The notes under the pieces were generated by a model. That model saw only the letters and a program-made list of their open reading frames with translations. It was not told the DNA's origin and did not search any database. From contig JBBTVV010000077.1 in assembly GCA_038063135.1 (NCBI GenBank), positions 1 to 26,602 of the forward strand: a DNA stretch of 26,602 nucleotides. The letters run 5' to 3'. A program made the position numbers and the translations under genes. This DNA comes from Patescibacteria group bacterium. GTDB taxonomy: Bacteria; Patescibacteriota; Patescibacteriia; Patescibacteriales; GWC2-42-12. Below are positions 1-8,713 of the stretch, one piece after another (the first letter of the stretch is position 1; every line of letters begins with the position of its first letter).

Positions 1-56
1 AAAATTTCCTAAAAATTTGAAATTTTCTACTCGAAAGAGTATTCGGAGACAGACCC
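1..56 (-). repeat. Partial copy (cut by window edge) of the palindromic MITE/REP-like element
   Basis: The reverse complement of 1-56 matches 11686-11741 with one mismatch (GGGTCTGTC[T/G]CCGAATACTCTTTCGAGTAGAAAATTTCAAATTTTTAGGAAATTTT). Confidence 0.92.
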
Positions 57-75
57 TCTAATCAATTATAATTTT

Positions 76-816
76 ATGTTAAAAAAATTTTCTTATTTTA
101 TAAAATATAACAATCTTGCTATAGTAATTTTAGTAATAACTATAATTATTGGTGGTAGTGTTTTTGCTGCAGAACCTGCTCAACAAGTCTTGGGGCAAAA
201 ACAGACTAGAATTGAAGGAGTTGATAATACAGCATTGCTGTCTGCTGATTTGTCTAATTTTAATATGGATTTTAAAATTTCTAAGATTGAAAAAGATGAG
301 AAATTTTATTATGTTACATATACTTTTTTGGATTTGACTATTGTTGATAATGCGTGGCAATATCAATTAAAAGAAAAAAAGAGAAAAGTGTCTCAGAATT
401 TGTCAGAAGATTTGGGAATATATTTGGCAGGCGAATTAAAAGAAGAATATGATTCTAGACTTAAGGATTTAAATTTAGAACAAGAGAAAGCTAAACAGAC
501 TGGCGTAGAAACTAGAATTGAAATAATGGATTACAGTGGTTTGATTGGAAAAACTTTAGATTTAGCAAAAGATGTTTTTCCAAATTATGAGCCAATAAAA
601 AAAGTTGAATTACCTAAACCTGATAATTTTAATTTGCCTGACGTTAATTCTAACGTGCCAACAAGTTCAGGAACAGATAATTTAACTCAAGTTTACAATG
701 ATTACATAGCAGAACATAATACAGATATTAATAACGCGACTAGTACAAATACTAATATAATAAATCAAGAAAACATTAATATTGCAACGACAACAGAATT
801 AGAGACTAGAAATTAA
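76..816 (+). CDS. Hypothetical exported/membrane-anchored protein
   Basis: 246-aa ORF with an N-terminal hydrophobic segment ending in SVFA-A (signal-peptide-like) and an Asn/Thr-rich low-complexity tail. No recognisable catalytic motif. Confidence 0.8.
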   Translation: MLKKFSYFIKYNNLAIVILVITIIIGGSVFAAEPAQQVLGQKQTRIEGVDNTALLSADLSNFNMDFKISKIEKDEKFYYVTYTFLDLTIVDNAWQYQLKEKKRKVSQNLSEDLGIYLAGELKEEYDSRLKDLNLEQEKAKQTGVETRIEIMDYSGLIGKTLDLAKDVFPNYEPIKKVELPKPDNFNLPDVNSNVPTSSGTDNLTQVYNDYIAEHNTDINNATSTNTNIINQENINIATTTELETRN

Positions 817-840
817 CCCATAACCCATAACCCCTAATTC
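814..840 (+). repeat. Heptamer tandem repeat (TAACCCA)x2, TAACCCC, TAATTC
   Basis: Read directly; begins at the stop codon of ORF 76-816. Confidence 0.75.
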
Positions 841-847
841 TTAATCT

Positions 848-1429
848 ATGTCTGATAATTTTCAACAAACTGTTAATTTAAAAGAAAAAGTAGAGCAGCA
901 AAAAAAAGAATTACAACAATCATCTTTGAATCAAATTAAATATGCTCATAGTAAGGAATTAGAGGATGATATTAGAGAAAAATTGCAGAAAATTGATAGA
1001 CCAATAAAGAGTGAAGCAAAATTAAATTCCAGATTAATCCAGCTGGTTGTTTTTATTTTGGCTTTTTTAATTGTTGGTTTTACTATTTATAGCGTAGTTT
1101 TTAAAAATTCAGATGTTATTAAAAAAACATCCAAAAGTCAAAGTTGGTATGCTGTTAAATTAACTAATAATGAAACTTTTTATGGACAAATTAAAGACAT
1201 AAAGGCTGACCCGATTGTTATGGATAATGTTTATTATAATTATGATCAAGACAAAAAAGATGATAAAAAAGAAATAGCTAAAACTACTGATTTAAGATTA
1301 GTTAAACGTGGCAAAGAAACTCATGGTCCAGTTGGCACAATGGATCTCGTACGATCTCAAGTTTTATTTATGGAACCGCTCAAAGACGATTCTAATGTAT
1401 TAAAAGCGATATTGGAATATGAAAAGTAA
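848..1429 (+). CDS. Conserved hypothetical single-TM protein (CPR-type)
   Basis: 193-aa ORF: coiled N-terminus, one TM helix, then WYAVKLTNNETFYG...LVKRGKETHGP...QVLFMEPLKDDS, a pattern I recognise from Patescibacteria hypothetical proteins. Confidence 0.8.
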   Translation: MSDNFQQTVNLKEKVEQQKKELQQSSLNQIKYAHSKELEDDIREKLQKIDRPIKSEAKLNSRLIQLVVFILAFLIVGFTIYSVVFKNSDVIKKTSKSQSWYAVKLTNNETFYGQIKDIKADPIVMDNVYYNYDQDKKDDKKEIAKTTDLRLVKRGKETHGPVGTMDLVRSQVLFMEPLKDDSNVLKAILEYEK

Positions 1430-1448
1430 TTTTGCATATTGCGGGATA

Positions 1449-1476
1449 AAATTAAAAATTAGAAATTAAAAATTAA
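1449..1476 (+). repeat. Heptamer tandem repeat AAATTA(A/G) x4
   Basis: AAATTAA AAATTAG AAATTAA AAATTAA in the intergenic spacer. Confidence 0.6.
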
Positions 1477-1485
1477 TGTATTATT

Positions 1486-2769
1486 ATGTATAAAATAAAT
1501 AAACTGTCAAATGGCTTAGATTTAATTATAGCGCCAATGTCGGGGACTAAAACTGTTACTGTGTTTGTTCTTTTTGGCACAGGGTCTAGATATGAGACAA
1601 AAAAAAATAATGGTATTTCCCATTTTTTAGAACATGCATTATTTAAAGGAACTAAAAAAAGGCCCAATACATTGGCTATTGCTGGAGAATTGGATGGCAT
1701 TGGTGGTGAATATAATGCTTTTACTGGCAAGGAAATAACTGGTTTTTGGATAAAAGTTGAAGCTAGTCAATTAGAATCAGCAATGGATGTATTAAGTGAT
1801 ATTATTCTTAATCCTTTGTTGTCTAGCCAAGAAATTGAACGAGAAAAAGGAGTGATTATTGAAGAGGTAAATATGTATTTTGATAATCCCTTAATTCATA
1901 TTGATGATTTATTTGAACAGTGTTTTTATGGTGATACGCCAATAGGTTGGACTACTATCGGTAGCAAGGAAAATATTAAAGGATTTAATAGAAGTGATTT
2001 TGTTGATTATTTTCATTCTCAATATAAGTCAAGCAATACAGTTGTTTGTTTGTCTGGAAAAATTCCAAATAATTCCATCGTGTTAACTGAAAAGTTTTTT
2101 CAAAAAATGACTAAAGGGCAAGTAAAAGATTGTGATATTGTAGTTGATCAACAAAAACATCCAGCAATTAAATTGTTTTTTAAGAAAACCGATCAAGCTC
2201 ATTTATCACTGGGTGTGCATACATATCCTTCTGGACATTCATTGGAAATGGCTTCAAAAATATTAGCAATTCTTTTGGGAGGAACTATGAGTTCTAGATT
2301 GTTTATTGAATTGCGCGAAAGGCAAGGATTGGCTTATTATGTTAAGACGCAAAGTGAATCCTATACAGATAGCGGTTATTTAACAACAAACGCTGGCGTG
2401 CCATTAACTAAAGTAGAAACAGCTATTAAAATAATTTTAGTTGAATATCAAAAATTATTAACTAATCTTGTTGCTGAAGATGAGCTAAAAAGAATTAAGC
2501 AATGTATTATTGGTAGAACAGCTTTGCAACTTGAAGAATCAGATAGCATCGCTAGCTGGTATGCTCAGCAGGCCATTACTTTTAAACAACAGAAAGTTAG
2601 TAAAAAGATTTTATCGCCTAATGATTATTATCAAAAAATTAATAAAGTAAGCGCTGAAGAAATAATGAAAGTTGCTCAAGAAATTTTTATTGATAACAAA
2701 TTGAATTTAGCAATTATTGGTCCATATAAAGATAAAAAAATATTTAAAGAAATTTTGAAATTTAATTAA
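1486..2769 (+). CDS. M16 (pitrilysin/insulinase) family zinc metallopeptidase
   Basis: Inverted zincin motif HFLEH, NAFTG, EREKGVIIEE and ELRERQGLAYYV; 427 aa, typical of M16B subunits. Confidence 0.93.
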   Translation: MYKINKLSNGLDLIIAPMSGTKTVTVFVLFGTGSRYETKKNNGISHFLEHALFKGTKKRPNTLAIAGELDGIGGEYNAFTGKEITGFWIKVEASQLESAMDVLSDIILNPLLSSQEIEREKGVIIEEVNMYFDNPLIHIDDLFEQCFYGDTPIGWTTIGSKENIKGFNRSDFVDYFHSQYKSSNTVVCLSGKIPNNSIVLTEKFFQKMTKGQVKDCDIVVDQQKHPAIKLFFKKTDQAHLSLGVHTYPSGHSLEMASKILAILLGGTMSSRLFIELRERQGLAYYVKTQSESYTDSGYLTTNAGVPLTKVETAIKIILVEYQKLLTNLVAEDELKRIKQCIIGRTALQLEESDSIASWYAQQAITFKQQKVSKKILSPNDYYQKINKVSAEEIMKVAQEIFIDNKLNLAIIGPYKDKKIFKEILKFN

Positions 2770-2779
2770 GAGATTAAGT

Positions 2780-2812
2780 GTCTGTCGCCGAATACGGTAT
2801 TCGGCGACAGAC
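2780..2812. repeat. Short palindromic copy of the MITE/REP-like element
   Basis: Perfect 16-bp inverted repeat GTCTGTCGCCGAATAC-G-GTATTCGGCGACAGAC. Confidence 0.95.
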
Positions 2813-2832
2813 CAAATTAGTAATTTTTTATT

Positions 2833-5763
2833 ATGCATAAAGAAAAATTAGGAAATAATCAAGCTAGTAATAATCCTTTTTCAGTTATGGAAGAGGACGT
2901 TTTGAATTTTTGGGATAAAAATGAAATTTTTAAAAAATCAATAGAAAAAGAGGCGCCAAAAGGAAATTATATTTTTAACGACGGACCCCCATTTATTACT
3001 GGGTTGCCTCATTACGCTACTTTGCTTCCAAGCATTGCAAAAGATGTAATTCCAAGATATTGGACGATGAAAGGATATAGAGTAAAACGTACTTGGGGTT
3101 GGGATTGTCATGGTTTGCCAGCTGAAAATAAAGTTGAAGAAGAGCTTGGATTAAAAAATAAAAAAGACATTGAGGAATTGGGGGTTGATAAATTTATTGA
3201 CGCTTGCCGATTATATGTTAACAAAGGGTCTAAACAATGGGAGTGGTATATAAATAGAATTGGTCGCTGGGTTGATATGAAAAATGCTTATAGAACCATG
3301 GATTTAAAATTCATGGAAAGTGTTATTTGGTCTTTTAAAAAATTATATGATGAAGGCTTTATTTATGAGGGTTATCGCACTAGTTTGCATTGTCCACGTT
3401 GCGCTACTCCGTTATCAAAATTTGAAATTACAATGGACGCTGGTTCATATAAAGACGTTACAGACAAAACAGCGACAGTTAAATTTAAAATTATTAATAA
3501 TAAAATAGAAAACAATACATACATATTAGCATGGACAACTACACCATGGACTTTGCCTGGAAATTTAGCTTTAGCAATTAATAAAGATATAAATTATATA
3601 AAACTACAAATTATAAATAATGAATTAGAAAAAAATAATTTTTATATTTTAGCGGAAGAAAGAATAAAGGATATTTTAAAAGATAAAAATTATAAAATAG
3701 TTGAAGAATTTAAAGGAGAAAAACTAATTAATTTACAATATGAACCAATATATAAAATTAATAATAATGAAATAATAAAATCAAAAAAAGTTTATAAAAT
3801 TTATCATGGTGATTTCGTGACAACTGAAGATGGAACTGGCGTTGTTCATATTGCGCCAAATTTTGGTGAAGATGATTTTGAGCTTGGAAAAAAAGTTGAC
3901 CTGCCAATGATTGATTTAATGGATGAAAATGGAATTTATTCAGAAGTAATGGAAAAATGGAATGGATATTATTTTAAAAAAGCTAATAGAGATGTTTTGC
4001 TTGATTTAGAAAAAGAAAATATTATTTTTTCAATTTCTGACTATACTCATTCTTATCCTTTTTGTTATCGTTGTAATACGCCGTTAATTTATAAAACTCA
4101 AAAGGCTTGGTATTTGAATATACAAAAAATTAAAGAAAGAATGCTGAAAACCAATGAAGAAATAAATTGGGTGCCGAAATATTTTAAAGAAGGACGATTT
4201 AAAAATAATATTGAAAGCGCTCCAGATTGGTGTCTTTCTCGATCCCGTTATTGGGGATCTCCTATTCCAGTATGGAGATGTTCTAATTGTAATAAAATAA
4301 AAGTTTTGGGATCAATTAAGGAAATTGAAGAATTAAGTAATAAGAGAATAACAGATTTGCATAGACCAAATATAGATGAACACAAATTTAAATGTAATTG
4401 CGGAAATACAATGGAAAGAGTCAAGGAAGTATTTGATTGCTGGTTTGAATCTGGAGCTATGCCTTTTGCTCAATTTCATTATCCATTTGAAAAACAAAAG
4501 GATTTTAAAAATCTATTTCCGGCTGATTTTATTATAGAATATACAGGACAACTGAGGGGTTGGTTCTATTATCTGCATGTCTTATCAAATGCTTTATTTG
4601 ATTCAATTTCTTTTAAAAACGTTATAGTAAGTGGAGTTTTAGCAGGTACTGATGGACGAAAAATGAGTAAGTCATTTGGCAATTATCCAGATCCGCGCGC
4701 AACTTTAGAAAAGTATGGTAGCGATGCATTGCGTATGTATTTTATGAATAGTCAAATTATGCTTGGCAACGATACCAGTTTATCTGAAATTGAAATTCAA
4801 GATGCGCTAAGAAAAAATGTAATAATTATTTGGAATGTGGTTAAATTTTATGAATTATTTGCGCGCGACCTAAAAGAAGAAGCTACGTTAAATAATATAA
4901 AAAATATTCTTGATCAATGGATTCTAATTAAACTTAATCAATTAATTGAAAAAGTAACTGAAAATTTGGAAAAATATAATTTACCTGAAGCATCGCGACC
5001 AATTAGTGAATTTATTGACGATTTATCAACTTGGTATTTGAGACGTTCGCGCGATCGTTTTAAAGGCGAATATGAAAAAGACAAACAATCAGCACTTACA
5101 ACAACTCATTATGTTTTATCGCAATTATCAAAAGTAATGGCGCCTTTTGCTCCATTTATTGCTGAACAGATTTGGCAAAAAGTTTCTGGATATAATTTTA
5201 CTGATGAGAATAAAAGCGTTCATTTAGAAGAATGGCCAGAGCAATTACAAATTACAAATTACAAATTACAAATTTTAGAAGAAATGCAAATTGTTAGAAA
5301 AATTGTTGAATTGGGATTAGCAAAGCGTGATGAAGCTGGAATTAAAATTAGACAGATGCTAAATAAGTTAAAAGTTAAAAGTCAGAAGTTAAAAGTTGGC
5401 GATGAATATCTGCAATTAATTCAAGATGAGCTAAATGTAAAAGAGATTGTGTTTTATGAGAACAAAGGAGAGATTGAAGTAGAATTAGATATTACAATTA
5501 CTGATGAATTAAAGCTAGAGGGGTTAAAGCGCGAGATAGTCAGGCAGGTGAATATGATGCGTAAGCAGGCAGGACTTACAATTAAAGATAGTATAATTTT
5601 AAGTTGGCAAAGTGAAAGCGATTTGATTAAAAAAACTTTTAGTGAATTTGGCAAAGAAATAAAAAAAGATATTTTAAGTGAAGAAATAATTGAATGCGAA
5701 GTAAATAGTGAAAAGATTAAAATAAATGGAGAAGAAGTTGCGTTAGGGCTTTTTCATAAATAA
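2833..5763 (+). CDS. ileS: Isoleucyl-tRNA synthetase, type 2 (archaeal/eukaryote-like)
   Basis: DGPPF..GLPH, GWDCHGLP, WTTTPWTLP and GTGVVHIAP (editing domain), KMSKS, and the type-2 C-terminus EG..REIVRQVNMMRKQAGL. Confidence 0.96.
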   Translation: MHKEKLGNNQASNNPFSVMEEDVLNFWDKNEIFKKSIEKEAPKGNYIFNDGPPFITGLPHYATLLPSIAKDVIPRYWTMKGYRVKRTWGWDCHGLPAENKVEEELGLKNKKDIEELGVDKFIDACRLYVNKGSKQWEWYINRIGRWVDMKNAYRTMDLKFMESVIWSFKKLYDEGFIYEGYRTSLHCPRCATPLSKFEITMDAGSYKDVTDKTATVKFKIINNKIENNTYILAWTTTPWTLPGNLALAINKDINYIKLQIINNELEKNNFYILAEERIKDILKDKNYKIVEEFKGEKLINLQYEPIYKINNNEIIKSKKVYKIYHGDFVTTEDGTGVVHIAPNFGEDDFELGKKVDLPMIDLMDENGIYSEVMEKWNGYYFKKANRDVLLDLEKENIIFSISDYTHSYPFCYRCNTPLIYKTQKAWYLNIQKIKERMLKTNEEINWVPKYFKEGRFKNNIESAPDWCLSRSRYWGSPIPVWRCSNCNKIKVLGSIKEIEELSNKRITDLHRPNIDEHKFKCNCGNTMERVKEVFDCWFESGAMPFAQFHYPFEKQKDFKNLFPADFIIEYTGQLRGWFYYLHVLSNALFDSISFKNVIVSGVLAGTDGRKMSKSFGNYPDPRATLEKYGSDALRMYFMNSQIMLGNDTSLSEIEIQDALRKNVIIIWNVVKFYELFARDLKEEATLNNIKNILDQWILIKLNQLIEKVTENLEKYNLPEASRPISEFIDDLSTWYLRRSRDRFKGEYEKDKQSALTTTHYVLSQLSKVMAPFAPFIAEQIWQKVSGYNFTDENKSVHLEEWPEQLQITNYKLQILEEMQIVRKIVELGLAKRDEAGIKIRQMLNKLKVKSQKLKVGDEYLQLIQDELNVKEIVFYENKGEIEVELDITITDELKLEGLKREIVRQVNMMRKQAGLTIKDSIILSWQSESDLIKKTFSEFGKEIKKDILSEEIIECEVNSEKIKINGEEVALGLFHK
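5243..5277 (+). repeat. In-frame heptamer repeat (AATTACA)x4 + AATTTTA inside ileS
   Basis: Read directly; encodes QLQITNYKLQIL. Confidence 0.9.
5364..5398 (+). repeat. In-frame heptamer repeat (AAAGTTA-type x5) inside ileS
   Basis: TAAGTTA AAAGTTA AAAGTCA GAAGTTA AAAGTTG; encodes KLKVKSQKLKV. Confidence 0.85.
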
Positions 5764-5815
5764 TTTTTTATTTTAGCGCTGTCTTTGAATTAGCGGGTGG
5801 TGTTTAAATTTTATT

Positions 5816-6820
5816 ATGAAGGCTTTAGTATTATTATCAGGAGGATTAGATTCAATGTTGGCTGCTAGAGTTTTAATGGAGCAGGGGATTGAAGTGGTTG
5901 GGGTAAGTTTTAAAAGTTGTTTTTTTAGCACAGAAAAAGCTAAAAAAACAGCTGAACAATTGGGTATAAAATTAATAGAAGTTGACTTTTCTGATGAACA
6001 TTTAAAAATGGTAAAAAATCCAATGTATGGTTATGGGAAAAATGCAAATCCTTGTATTGATTGTCATGGCATGATGTTGAAAAAAGCTGGCGAGATAATG
6101 AAAAAAGATTTGTTTGATTTTGTTGCAACAGGCGAAGTGTTAGGACAGAGGCCAATGTCTCAAAATAAAGATGCTTTAAAAATAGTAGAAAAAATTGCAG
6201 GATTAACAGGAAAATTAATCAGACCAATGTCAGCAAAGTTATTAGATGAAAGCGAGTTTGAAAAACTTGGTAAAATAAATAGAGAAAAATTATTGGATAT
6301 TAGCGGAAGATCGCGGTGTAGGCAATTTGAGTTAGTGAAAAAGTATGGCATAAAAGAATATGTAAGTCCAGGCGGAGGATGTTTATTAACTGAATCTATT
6401 TTTGGTGAGAAGCTATTTAAAATGTTTGAATATTGGCAAGATTGTGATAAAAATGATATTGAATTATTAAAAAATGGGAGAAATTTTTGGTGTAATATTA
6501 AAAATAAAAAAAAGATTTTAATAATTATCGGCAGAAATGAAAAAGATAATGAAAATTTATTAAAATTACAACAAATTAATGATGTTGTTATTGAATTAGT
6601 AGACTTTGCTGGTCCGATAAGTTTAGTTAGAGTAAAAGATTGCAAATTAGAAGCTATTAATAGAATACAAGGAATAGATGTTCCAAAAGAGATTGATATA
6701 AGCAAGCTAAAGCTTGATGAAGAAAAAAGTTTTGAAGAAATATTAAAAACAACAGCATTATTGACTGGTTATTACACCACTAAAGCAAGAGGACAAAAGA
6801 TTGAGGTTAATTTGATTTAA
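5816..6820 (+). CDS. PP-loop tRNA sulfurtransferase-like protein (ThiI/MnmA-related, THUMP-less, probable DUF814/NFACT-R-like C-terminus)
   Basis: SGGLDS PP-loop at the extreme N-terminus, NPCIDCH, ATGEVLGQRPMSQ, PGGGCLLT and a C-terminal IGRNEKDN motif. Confidence 0.8.
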   Translation: MKALVLLSGGLDSMLAARVLMEQGIEVVGVSFKSCFFSTEKAKKTAEQLGIKLIEVDFSDEHLKMVKNPMYGYGKNANPCIDCHGMMLKKAGEIMKKDLFDFVATGEVLGQRPMSQNKDALKIVEKIAGLTGKLIRPMSAKLLDESEFEKLGKINREKLLDISGRSRCRQFELVKKYGIKEYVSPGGGCLLTESIFGEKLFKMFEYWQDCDKNDIELLKNGRNFWCNIKNKKKILIIIGRNEKDNENLLKLQQINDVVIELVDFAGPISLVRVKDCKLEAINRIQGIDVPKEIDISKLKLDEEKSFEEILKTTALLTGYYTTKARGQKIEVNLI

Positions 6821-6822
6821 TT

Positions 6823-6851
6823 TTGACAAAAAACATTATTTATTATAAGTT
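6823..6851 (+). promoter_or_regulatory. Putative sigma70 promoter upstream of the IS481-like remnant
   Basis: Perfect TTGACA at 6823-6828 and TAAGTT at 17-bp spacing. AT-rich DNA makes the -10 call weak. Confidence 0.4.
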
Positions 6852-6892
6852 ATCGCTATCAAATAGCTCATTGAAAGAGAGGAGGAACTGTC

Positions 6893-7156
6893 ATGAGAAA
6901 TGAATTTGTGATTAAAGTGTCTGCAAAAAATGTCTCAACAATCTCCCGTCATTTTGGCATAAATAGAAAAACATTTTATAAATGATTTAAGATATTTGAC
7001 GAAAATAATCTACATGTTCTGCATCTCTTGCAAGATAAGTCTAAAGCCCCAAAACACGTTAGACAAAGAGAAATTACGCCTTTAGAGGAACAAAGGATAA
7101 TTATTTTGCGAAAAAAAATATATAAAGGGTCTGTCGCTGAATATGGTGTTTGGTGA
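6893..7156 (+). pseudogene. IS481-family-like transposase N-terminal remnant with in-frame TGA, truncated
   Basis: Not in the ORF track. Manual translation gives MRNEFVIKVSAKNVSTISRHFGINRKTFYK*FKIFDENNLHVLHLLQDKSKAPKHVRQREITPLEEQRIIILRKK. The HTH pattern NVS..SRHFGI.RKTFYK(W) followed by L.D.SKAP is typical of IS481 transposases. TGA at 6983-6985 replaces the conserved Trp, and there is no DDE domain. Confidence 0.72.
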
Positions 7157-7158
7157 TA
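7127..7158. repeat. Degenerate short copy of the palindromic element
   Basis: GGGTCTGTCGCTGAATA-TGG-TGTTTGGTGATA versus consensus GGGTCTGTCGCCGAATA-TGG-TATTCGGCGACA; mostly C>T changes. Confidence 0.75.
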
Positions 7159-7207
7159 ATTTATTAAATTATTAATTAATTAGCCATTAAAATTGGCAAA
7201 AAAATTT

Positions 7208-7774
7208 ATGAAAAAAACGTTAATTATCATTTTGGCTGCGATTGCAATTGTGGTCGTAGCTGTAGTTTTTTATGGTTGGGGTATTTATAATAAAATTATT
7301 ACAGCTAATGAAGCTGTTAATGGTCAATGGGCACAAGTTGAAACTCAATTTCAGAGACGTTTTGATTTAATCCCTAATTTAGTTGAGACTGTTAAAGGAG
7401 CGATGCAACAAGAACAAAAAGTTTTTGGTGATTTAGCTGAAGCAAGAACTCGTTATGCTGGAGCTAAAACAGCTGACGCTAAGGCTGAAGCTGTTGGTGG
7501 AGTTGAAAGCGCTTTTGCTAGATTGTTAGTAGTTATGGAAAATTATCCTCAACTTAAGTCTATTGAAACAACACAAACATTAATGGCGCAATTAGAAGGT
7601 ACTGAAAATCGTGTAAGTGTTGAACGTAAAAGATTTAATGATTTAGCTAGAGATTTTAATGCGATGATTAAACGTTTTCCTGCTAATTTTTTTGCTTCTT
7701 TGTTTGGTTTTAGTGAGAAAAAATACATCCAGTCAGTTGCAGGTTCGGAGATTGCGCCTGCTGTAAAATTCTAA
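7208..7774 (+). CDS. lemA: LemA family protein
   Basis: N-terminal TM segment, then WAQVETQFQRRFDLIPNLVETVKG, ENYPQLKS, LEGTENRVSVERKRFN and RFPAN. ATG at 7208 preferred over TTG at 7193. Confidence 0.95.
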   Translation: MKKTLIIILAAIAIVVVAVVFYGWGIYNKIITANEAVNGQWAQVETQFQRRFDLIPNLVETVKGAMQQEQKVFGDLAEARTRYAGAKTADAKAEAVGGVESAFARLLVVMENYPQLKSIETTQTLMAQLEGTENRVSVERKRFNDLARDFNAMIKRFPANFFASLFGFSEKKYIQSVAGSEIAPAVKF

Positions 7775-7806
7775 ATGGGAATGAATTAATTAAAAATTTG
7801 GAATTT

Positions 7807-8682
7807 ATGACTAGATTGATTAAACAAGCAAGTTGTATTTTATTATTACTACTAGTTGCTTGGCCATGTTTTGCTTATTATAGTTTAGGCAAGCCGACAG
7901 GTTTTGTTAATGATTTTGCTAATGTTTTAACTAATGAGCAACGACAAAATTTAGAAATTAAATTAAGTGAATCTGCTAAAAATAGTAGCAATGAGATTTC
8001 CGTCGTTATTATTAAAAGTTTAAAAGATGATACTGTTGAAAATTTTGCTGTTCAATTATTTAAGGATTTAGGGATTGGTAAAAAAGGCAAAGATAATGGA
8101 GTTTTAATTTTTGTAGCGATTGATGATAGGCAAATGCGCATTGAAGTTGGTTATGGACTAGAAGGGTCTTTGACTGACGCGCAAAGTTACTGGATTATTA
8201 ATCAGGTCATGAAGCCAGCTTTTAAGTCTAATGATTATTATTTAGGAATTAATGGCGCAGTTGATAAAATTATAGGAGCAACTAAAGGTGAATATATTCC
8301 TAGTAGCAAGCAGTCAAAAAAAACAACACATAATTTTGAATTTATTTTTTATGTGGTTGTTTTTGGTTTTATATGGTTATCAAGCATCTTGGGTAGAAGT
8401 AAATCTTGGTGGTTAGGTGGAATAATTGGCTTTGTTGTTGGGGTAATTATAGGGTTATTTAAGGGTTTTTTGTATTTTGGTATAGTTTCTATTGTTATTT
8501 TAGTCCCGATCGGTTTATTGTTTGATTATATTGTTTCTAAAAATTATCAAAAAAGTAAAATAACAGCAATCTGGCCATGGTGGTTTGGTGGAGGAGGCTT
8601 TGGCGGAGGCGGAGGAGGAGGCGGATTTGGAGGTTTTGGCGGAGGAGGCTCTGGCGGAGGCGGTTCTAGCGGCAGTTGGTAA
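7807..8682 (+). CDS. TPM domain (YgcG-like) membrane protein with Gly-rich tail
   Basis: VNDFANVL, GIGKKGKDNGVLIFVA..DRQMRIEVGYGLEG.LTD and C-terminal GGFGGFGGGGSGGGGSSGSW. This is the usual lemA partner. ATG at 7807 preferred. Confidence 0.93.
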   Translation: MTRLIKQASCILLLLLVAWPCFAYYSLGKPTGFVNDFANVLTNEQRQNLEIKLSESAKNSSNEISVVIIKSLKDDTVENFAVQLFKDLGIGKKGKDNGVLIFVAIDDRQMRIEVGYGLEGSLTDAQSYWIINQVMKPAFKSNDYYLGINGAVDKIIGATKGEYIPSSKQSKKTTHNFEFIFYVVVFGFIWLSSILGRSKSWWLGGIIGFVVGVIIGLFKGFLYFGIVSIVILVPIGLLFDYIVSKNYQKSKITAIWPWWFGGGGFGGGGGGGGFGGFGGGGSGGGGSSGSW

Positions 8683-8713
8683 TTATTAATTTAAATTAAT
8701 AAATTTAAAACTT

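Noticed and set aside
6983-6985. In-frame TGA as evidence of recoding (code 25 or 4)
   Set aside because: TGA serves as a stop at 19572-19574 (ATGA overlap with gatB), long genes contain no in-frame TGA, and Trp is TGG throughout. A nonsense mutation is simpler.
8581-8680. GC-rich GGN repeat tract as foreign DNA or a structural repeat
   Set aside because: It encodes the Gly-rich tail normal for TPM-domain proteins.
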